From an uncultured Planctomycetales bacterium (GTDB lineage: Bacteria > Omnitrophota > Gorgyraeia > Gygaellales > Profunditerraquicolaceae), in assembly GCA_964427405.1 (NCBI GenBank), contig CAYRUB010000004.1, positions 4,236-68,235 on the forward strand: a DNA stretch of 64,000 bases. Reading direction: 5' to 3'. Below the pieces are notes generated by a model. The model was not told the origin of the DNA. It saw nothing but the letters and a program-made list of their open reading frames with translations, and did not search any database. This document shows positions 10,300 to 19,200 of this stretch, piece by piece. How positions within the stretch are numbered: position 1 is the stretch's first letter; every line of letters begins with the position of its first letter. The position numbers were made by a program, and so were the translations under genes.

Positions 10300-10962
10300 T
10301 TAATGCGCGAATTTATTCATGATCAACTTATGCGGCCTGGCTGATTTCTTGAAATCTTTAGGGCCGCGGATTTCTCTAAGAGACACAAGTTTGTTATTTT
10401 TTTCTAATTCCTTATAAATCAAAACCCAGGCGCAATCATTTTCGTTATCTACCTCGCATTTACCTTTATTCATCCCGCCGCACGGCCCATTTAAAAGCCC
10501 TTTGGGGCAAAGCGTAACCGGGCAGATCCCCGCTGTCTGGGCCAAAACACACTCTGAGCACATAGAGCACTTCTCATAAAAATTACCCTGCGCATCCATA
10601 ACTGCGCCAAAAATAGTATTATTGGCCGGAATGATTGCCTGATTAAAACGGTTGTTGTCTTTTACTGACTGCACCCCCAAACCACAGGCCAAAACTAAAA
10701 CAGCCTCACAGTCACGTAAAGCCTTTATATTTTTGGCTAACTCCGTCTTAATCTGCGGAGCAAGGCAAGGAGCCCCGGGCAAACACATTCCTAAAATCGT
10801 TTTTCCTACGGCCTCAAGAGCCGCCTTAATTTTATCCAATTCAGGCTGGCCGCCGCTCTTACAGGTCGTGGCGCATTCGCCGCACCCCACCAAAAATATT
10901 TTTTTGTAATCTTTCAGGCTATCCAATAATTCATCTAATGGCTTTTGCTGACTAATAATCAT
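10300..10962 (-). CDS. Cys-rich metal-binding protein resembling the methylenetetrahydrofolate-reductase C-terminal (MetV-like) domain
   Basis: 220 aa with about 20 Cys, a GCGECATTC block and a CPKGLLNGPCGG motif. This is recalled from the PF12225-like family, not searched. Confidence 0.4.
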   Translation of the reverse strand: MIISQQKPLDELLDSLKDYKKIFLVGCGECATTCKSGGQPELDKIKAALEAVGKTILGMCLPGAPCLAPQIKTELAKNIKALRDCEAVLVLACGLGVQSVKDNNRFNQAIIPANNTIFGAVMDAQGNFYEKCSMCSECVLAQTAGICPVTLCPKGLLNGPCGGMNKGKCEVDNENDCAWVLIYKELEKNNKLVSLREIRGPKDFKKSARPHKLIMNKFAH

Positions 10963-11074
10963 AATAAAATTTTAGCACAGTTTTCTACCCATCTCAAGCG
11001 TAAAAATTGAGCTCCTTAAATCTTTTATTTAGCGAAACCCTACCAAGCTTGCGAGGTAGGGCGAGCAACTTATA

Positions 11075-13132
11075 TTATTCCCTAAAATATTCCTCCATAG
11101 TTTCAAAAAATTCTTTATTCCTTTGCCTTTTTTCACCAATAATATCCTCTAGCTCCACATCATCCCACCCATCTGAACCACCGACCCCTTGCACATCCAC
11201 GAACTTATTAAGCAGTCCACCCTGCTCCAAGAAACGGGAAACCTGGGTAAACACCGAACCGCCACCGTCCATAAAACTCCTGGGGGAGCGATCAATATGA
11301 GGTTTTAATAAAAATAAATTTACTTTGGCCCGCGTAGCCGCAACATAAAACAAGCGGCGCTCTTCTTCAATCTCATCATCTGTTTCTAAAGACAGGTAAG
11401 AAGGAAGGTGCCCCTCGGCAACATAGATTAAAAATACCGTATGCCATTCCAGGCCTTTTGCTGAATGTATAGTAGACAGAGTAAGCGCTGCATCATGCTT
11501 ATCCCTTTTGCCTGTCTCAACCAGGCTTCTCTCCGGTGGCTCTAAGGCCATATCTACTAAAAACTGCTCTGTTGTTTTATAACGCTCAGCGATTCTCAAT
11601 AGCGAATCAAGATCATTTAAACGCTTATTAAAATCATCATACTTAATCTTTAACAAAGGCTGATAATAACTAAGGAATTTATCAATTATCTCGGCCGGAG
11701 CATCGCGCTGGCAATCCACGCTTTTTAATAACTCAAGCAGTTTGAACAAACCCTCGTTTTTGTATAATAACTGTTCATCGCCGGTATTATTTATGGCTGT
11801 CTCAACAATCTTTGTCCGCTTGGGAACTATTTCCATAATCTTCTGCGCGGTTTTAGGGCCTATTTTAGGAATCAATAAAAGAGCACGCAACCAGCTAACT
11901 TGATCTTGCGTATTGTAAGCAATACGTAAATAGCTTAAAATGTCTTTTATGTGTGCGGCTTCCACAAACTTCTGGCCGCCATATTTTGCGAAGGGAATAT
12001 TGCGGCTGGCCAGTTCAATCTCTAAATCATTAGAATGCCAACCTGAACGAAAAAGTACGGCCATGTCTTTTAAGGCCACTCCTTCTTCTCTTAATTCTAG
12101 GATTTTATCCGCAACAAATCGCGATTGTGAATTTTCATCCGGACAATCTAGAAAAACCGGGATGTTGCCTTCTTTCTTTTTAGTGTAAAGGTGTTTTTCA
12201 AATTTTTCTTTAGCCTGGCTGATAACGGCATTGGTCAAATTTAAGATCGGCTGCGTGGAACGGTAATTTTCTTCCAAGGTAATAATTTTGGTGTCTTTGA
12301 AAATCTTCGGGAAATCAATAATGTTCTTAAAATTTGCCCCCCGGAAAGAATAAATACTCTGTGCGTCATCCCCGACTACCATAATATTAGAGTGATCTGC
12401 CGCCAAAAGACAGGCAATATGCGCCTGAAGCTTGTTGGTATCCTGGTACTCATCAACCATAATGTATTTATATTTAGCGGAAAGGCTTGCGCGTACATCT
12501 TCGTACTTACTGAGCAGATTCTTCAAGAAAACCAATAAATCATCATAATCTAAAAGTGATTTTGCGCGCTTATATTTATTATACTCCTGACGAATCTTTT
12601 TAATCTCTTCGCTAAATTCCATGAACTGCGGGTATTCATCATAAAGAACATCGGCAATCTCTTCGGATTTATTCACGCTTTTAGAGATAACTTCCAAAAT
12701 GGCGTGTTTACGCGGAAAACGTTTTTCGGATTTATGATATCCCAGCTGCGTGCGCACTAAATTTACAGCATCTTCCGCATCTGCCTGATCAAGAATAGTA
12801 AAATTATTACTGATCTCTAAAAGCTTGGCGTACTTTCTTAAGATCATATTGGCAAAGGAATGGAAAGTTCCCCCGGAGATCTTCTTACAGCGCTCATCCA
12901 AAAGCAGGCTTGCCCGGCGCAACATCTCTTCAGCTGCCCTGCGTGTGAAGGTAAGCAACAGAATCTGATCCGGACTGACCCCTTGTTCGACTAAATAGGC
13001 CACCCGGTGCACTAAGACGCGTGTTTTTCCACTCCCCGCACCGGCAATCACCAAATACGGGCCGTTAATTGATTCAACAGCTTCAAGCTGCGCTTTATTA
13101 AGTTCGTTTTTGTAGTCTATTTTTTTATTCAT
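11075..13132 (-). CDS. ATP-dependent DNA helicase, UvrD/PcrA/Rep family
   Basis: 685 aa; Walker A AGAGSGKTRVL, motif II VDEYQDTN, SF1 motifs throughout. Confidence 0.85.
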   Translation of the reverse strand: MNKKIDYKNELNKAQLEAVESINGPYLVIAGAGSGKTRVLVHRVAYLVEQGVSPDQILLLTFTRRAAEEMLRRASLLLDERCKKISGGTFHSFANMILRKYAKLLEISNNFTILDQADAEDAVNLVRTQLGYHKSEKRFPRKHAILEVISKSVNKSEEIADVLYDEYPQFMEFSEEIKKIRQEYNKYKRAKSLLDYDDLLVFLKNLLSKYEDVRASLSAKYKYIMVDEYQDTNKLQAHIACLLAADHSNIMVVGDDAQSIYSFRGANFKNIIDFPKIFKDTKIITLEENYRSTQPILNLTNAVISQAKEKFEKHLYTKKKEGNIPVFLDCPDENSQSRFVADKILELREEGVALKDMAVLFRSGWHSNDLEIELASRNIPFAKYGGQKFVEAAHIKDILSYLRIAYNTQDQVSWLRALLLIPKIGPKTAQKIMEIVPKRTKIVETAINNTGDEQLLYKNEGLFKLLELLKSVDCQRDAPAEIIDKFLSYYQPLLKIKYDDFNKRLNDLDSLLRIAERYKTTEQFLVDMALEPPERSLVETGKRDKHDAALTLSTIHSAKGLEWHTVFLIYVAEGHLPSYLSLETDDEIEEERRLFYVAATRAKVNLFLLKPHIDRSPRSFMDGGGSVFTQVSRFLEQGGLLNKFVDVQGVGGSDGWDDVELEDIIGEKRQRNKEFFETMEEYFRE

Positions 13133-13266
13133 AGGGATATTTTGTGCATATCATTCTATCCCCTGGCAGGCTTATTGCAAGACAAATATTGGCAGAAACA
13201 ATAAAGGGGCGCTCGTTTATAGGGTGCCCTTCAAGGCCGATGAGCTCTTAAAAGGCAGGACGCCCC

Positions 13267-16200
13267 TTATTGTTCCATTAACCTAGGTTCTTTCGCTTCT
13301 ACTGTAATCTGTGTTAATACAAGCTGCATTTCATTAGTCGACTTACCTGATTCTAAAAGCATTAACATTTCCTTTAAGGATAAATCCGTACTCACTACTC
13401 GTTCTTCTTCCAGCCTGAGCATATCCGCAATACAAGATAGCACTTTATCAATCTCCTGATTAAAATCCTGTTTCTGGCAGCAGGATTGCAGGTATTCTTT
13501 AATTCTTTCGCTTGACGGCGTGATACCTGCCGCAAGCATATTCTCTATCTGAAGCCATTCGCTATTTAATTCAGCTAACGGAATCGAAGGGATGGTGTTC
13601 GCATTAATCTTTTGATTAATCAATATTGGTTGACTGGCTATGGGTAGCGCGCGAAAATCAATACCACCCTTATCAGAATATTCAACCGGCGAAGAGGCGG
13701 GCTGTACTTTAACCCCCTTTAAGGTAAACCCATAAACGTTTCCTTCCCCTGTATTATCCTCTATACTAAATCTACCAAAACCCATGGCGCTCAATAGTGT
13801 TTCCATTGGCGTTCCCTTGAATTTTCCAAGATCTAAACGTTTGCCATTAAACATTGCATCTATTGTTGGTCGATTTATTACATAAATATTAAGCGGGGTG
13901 CCTGTGGGAACCGCCTCACCAACCCGCGATAATATAGCAGGACCGAACCCTTTATCAGAAAGATCCGAAATTTCATCGTCACCATCAAAGACTGTCCCGT
14001 TTAAAAACATGGCGAACTTTAGTTCGCCTTCTTTAGTAATCTCTAATTCTAAAACCGGACTCAACGATGTTTTACCGTCTTTTCCCCTCACCAAACTAGT
14101 TCGGATAATCAACCTACCTGGTAATTGAAGATCATTGGTGATTAATTTATACTTTTCGTTTTTATTGTCAGGGCCAGAAAGGACCATTCCTTCGAGCCTT
14201 TTCTTTATATTCTCCAACATGGCTGATCGACCCCTGATCTCCGAGCCAGCAATCGGTATCTCATAAAAAACTAAATTATCTGATTTATCAGCATAACCGT
14301 AGTTATTTATTTTTGACAGGCCTAAATTCCCGATATCCTCTCCAGGGACATCTATCTTCTTCGCAGAAGTGATATTTAAAAAGGAGTCAGAAACAATGGT
14401 TGTCCCTGGAACCAATATATTACTAATCGGCGCCATCCATTTCTTTTTTCCATCCAAATCAGCACCAGCTTTAGTTAATAACAACACATCTGTCCTGTCT
14501 CCAATTACCTTCTTTAATTCGCTATATATGTGCCCTGGTAAAGGCTGGCCGTCGAATGTATAAGTGATATGTGTATGGCGTATTTTACGTTTTACACCAC
14601 TATCATACACAATACTAAACTCCGCTGTAGTAACGCGACTATTACCTAGGGAGCGATCCTCTACTATTTTAAATGTACTTAAGTCTGCGCCTAATAACAC
14701 CAACTCCGCAAGATACTCAATAAAGCCTTGTCTTATACCTGAGGAATGAAAACCTAGCTTCAGCTTTTTTTCTAAATAGCTATTTATCTGTTCTTTAAGC
14801 GCTTCCTCTTTATCTAAATATAAATTAAAATTATTAATAACCGTAAAAATATCCTGATTATCAATACTTACTATTGTATCCGCAAACGAAACCGCGGCAG
14901 AAATATCGCTGCCACTTGCTGGATACAACACAACCCCAAAATTTTTCTTAGCGGATTTTTTGGCAACTTCTGCCACGTTATTATATAAATCAAGCAGCTT
15001 CTTGCGTTGGCTCAAATAATCTTTGAATAATTCGCTTATCACAAGCTGGGGATCGCGGGCAAAAACAGCGCGCGCTAATGCTATAATTGCTTCTAATGGT
15101 GAAGAAGCGGCCTCTCCCGAAGAAGAAGCAAAATTAGAATAATTAAACCCGGGTAAATAGGGTTGTGTAATTTTGGGTTTAAATCTGGCAATCACAGTTC
15201 CCTCTTCACCCTTGCTTTCATCCGACCTCATCTGCTCGGCAAAATCTTTCCCGTGATACATGCCGATACTATCATAATACCCGGCATCAATAAGTTCCCA
15301 GCCGGCAGTATTAAACAACCGTACTATCGGAACGCTGCTAATTGACTCATTATTCTTTAGGGCCTTCAGGGATTCATCGTGTGCGATTTCTGTAACGAGT
15401 TCTTTATTCTTCGGAAAGACTTCTTTTAATTTGCTTAAAATAAACACCGCAAAACCTTTTTCCCTTTCTCCTTCCACAACCTTTAACATCCCGCCGTTAT
15501 TAATAGCATCCCTTTTTGTGTCAAGATTGAAATGCCCTATTTCTAGATTATCTTTATTCCTTAAAACAATGTTGGTGTCCCAAATAGAATCACCTTTTTC
15601 GATACTAATCACGTATTCCCCGCCATTAATATGAAATTTTTTGTTGTGCAATTTCTGCACTGCCCCGCGTAGTTCCGTAAGCGGCGAGCTGGCGAGCTGG
15701 GTTTCTCTGTCAAGTGACAAAGAAACACCTTTACCCCGCCTTTCTAATTCTTCCTTTAGTAGCCTGCTAATTTCAGCCAATACCTCTTCAGGGTTCTTTT
15801 TGCCTAAAACACTAAACCATCTCTCATTATATTGACTAGACAGCGGCTGCAATATGTCAGCAAGGGCATTCTGATTATTCCTCAACAGATTCAGATACTC
15901 TTCGTTTAAATTCTCAAAGTATCCCTTAAATAGCACTTTCAATGTTTCTAACGGGCGGGGGAATAAGAATTCTGTATCTTTGGCATTAAGCATTTTTAAT
16001 AATATCTTAACCCTCTGGCTAATTCCGCCAAGGTACAATTCTTCATTTCCCCCATGATCTTCCTGGGATTGAGTTCCAATAAGCTCTTCCAAATCATAAG
16101 TCATTCCGGTAAAATCAACATCCTGGTCGTGCAGAGTTTCATGATACAAGCCATTGTTCTGTTTGTAACCCTCAGCCTTGCCCATATTCAGCATTATTAC

Positions 16201-19200
16201 CAGCATAAGTTGATCGGGTTTTAATATCCTGCCTATTGATAATTTGATATGTAATTTATCGGCTACATTGTCCAGTTCACCTATCGCATCCAATGCCCCG
16301 GATATCCTCTCGCATAAAAAGCCTATTCCATTATTTGCAATTAGCTGAGGTAATTTTGACAGGCGATGATAGTCAAGGCTTAAGCTAAACACAAGCGCCG
16401 CATTTTCTTCTTTGGCATCTTCCAGTCCGATCAGTTTATTATTAATAGGAAGGTAACCCAAATCCATAGACATACCAGACTCTTTTAAGCTAGCACCCCC
16501 TAGCCCTCCTAATTCAGAGATTTCTTCCATACCAACAGCACCTTCAACGCGTTTTCCTTTTCTGTCATTAATATAATACGCGGGTCTATTGCTATAAGAA
16601 TTCTGCCCTGAACCTTTTATCGATAAAAACAACCCTCCGGGAAGTGGGATATAACATCTCCTGTTGCTTGCTACCCGGTAATTAGGAATCAACGTAAACT
16701 CCTCAGAGGTATACCGATCTGTAATTCCGACTATGACCTTCTTGCCATTTCCGGCCAATTCATCAGCTACCTTAGCGCTTCCAATTCCAAGAGCGCTATA
16801 AGAGGAAATTAACTCCTTAACTTTCTCAATATCCTGATAACCTAATAATTGCCTTGTGGGCTCTAAATCCCTAAATTTCAAAGACTCCGTATCTGATTTT
16901 TCAAGTACCTGCAAGAAAACTGGCTTAGCTGAACGATCATTTATCAAAATTTCCATGGTCTCATCTGAAAATAGATTCTTGAGATTATCATACTGATCCA
17001 ACCCTTCATTTTTTAGATAGGTATTAAATTTAGTTCTCAACTCATTGGAATTAGAAAAAACAAATTTACTATTTGTAACCGGCGAACTGGCGAGGACTTC
17101 CTCAGGCATACTAATGTTCCTGTGCATTTCTTTTAAGCCGATTTCTGCGTTTTTAGCCTTTTTAGCCGCTATTGATCCGATTTCATTTTCAACCTCTTGC
17201 CAACGGTCCTTGTATTCGTTATAGAACTTTACAGAATTGGCAGAGACCTCTACAGTTTTACGGGAGTCGTTAAGTTTATCAATTATACCCAAAGTCGCCC
17301 TGGCTATACCGGCATGGGATTGGCTTTTTTCTCCGGTAAAATCATCGCTCGTAACAGATATAGCCTCAAAATTTACGGAAAAATCAAATCCTTTTTCACT
17401 AAGCAGGTTACTTATATTTTTGCTCGCATTACTAAGTGCCTGGCTTATTGACTGCGTATCTAAAATACCATTACTCTCCCTGGCTCTGTGCATCTGATCG
17501 TTAAAAGCGTCTAACAAATTAATATTATCCAGTTTGATAAGCTGATTACCGAAATAATGCCCTAATTCATCAAAATCATTGATAACTTTAAAGGGGAACT
17601 TTCCCGCTGCGCGCAGCTTTCTCCCCGAGCCTTCTATAATAGATAGGAAATTTGCCTCAAAAGTTGCCCCCTCGGCAGTCAATATATTCTGTCTGACTGC
17701 CGTAACCTGCCATTTCCCCTTAACTGATGTAATTATATAAAAATTGTCGGGCGGCCCTCTGACTGCGAATATAAAGCTATCTGATGATTTCATTTTCTCC
17801 ATTGCATATTCTAAAATTACGAACAGGTTCTGGCGCATAAAGGCAGCGTAGCCATTATCAAGCCGCACCTGCTTAGCCGCATTATCGCCATGGCGCGTTT
17901 TCACAAATTCTCTTAGGGGCTGTAAAGATTTATTAAATTCGTCTGCGTATTCTTTTAGCTTTGAAAATACGGTGTCATCCAGCCTGGCGCCTTCTTTTAT
18001 CTGCGGCCTTTCATTCAATCCTTCTACTCCTACCATTTGCCCGGCCTGCTTGGCGACTCTCTGAAAAATTTCAGCTTCCCTTAAGGAAGACTCAAACCTA
18101 TTTTTAACAATCCCCTTTCCCTGAAGCCTCGCGGCCCCGGCAGATAAATAAGGCGGCAGGGCTTCTTCAACTTCACCTATCCCCGGGATCCGACCGGATT
18201 CCTCAAGCATCCTGTCTAAGGTTAAGCGTCCATTTATGTCGCCGCTATCCTTAATAAAGAACACAGTAGTTATATATTCCTGGCTTCCTGCCCGGCCCAC
18301 CCTGGCCGTTCTCTGGGCCATCCGAATTCCGTTAGAACCTTTAATTTCATTAACCATTCCGTCAGGCAACCTGGCAATACAATAACCCAGGTATTCTTTT
18401 TCAATCTCCTGCTGGATATCCTGAAGCACGTTTTTTACCTCTTCCCGTTGTAAAGAACCCGGTAAAACCATAGCCACCTCATCAGACCTCTCTCCCAAAC
18501 GAAAACCTATCCCGCCATGCCTACTTAAAACTTCCTTTGTGGTTCGAATTGCGTCTGCGATAAAAATATCGGCAATACTTATTCCATAGTAGTCGTTCCT
18601 GAGACGCAATTTAAGCATATCCGAAAAAATAATCCAGGCATGCTCGTCATTCCTTAATAAATCCATTGCCTTACCCTGGTCCGCGTCAAAATAAGCAACC
18701 GGCGAGCTGACTACTGACTGCTGGATCGGCGAAGAAGAAACACCAGCCGGATTAACTTCTCCCCGACCTATCCATTCTTTAAAATTAACCACCTTAAAAA
18801 CATCTATAGTTTTAATCTCTGCTTCATCTTTAGGTAGATAAAGATAAGCGTTAAGATCAGGAATTACATCCTGAAGACCTTCTAGAGAAATGTCTTTTGG
18901 TACCACCGCCTCAATTACAACCCCAAGGGGCATATCTATTATTTTCTCCGAGCGCTCAGGCAAAAGAAGATCTTCTCCCAGCCTGTCTTGCCAAGAAGGC
19001 CCTGGTTTTGTAGTAATTTTTGTCACATCATAAGGATGTGTATGTAATACTCCCAACAATTTAATCTCTCCCGTCGCATATTTATCGATAAGCCCGGTTA
19101 TATATGCCGGATCGTTCCCTACATAATCGTGCGTCTGCTTAAGATACTTTAAGACGGGAATCATTCTTTTAATATAATACCCTTCTTCTAGCTTTGTCCC

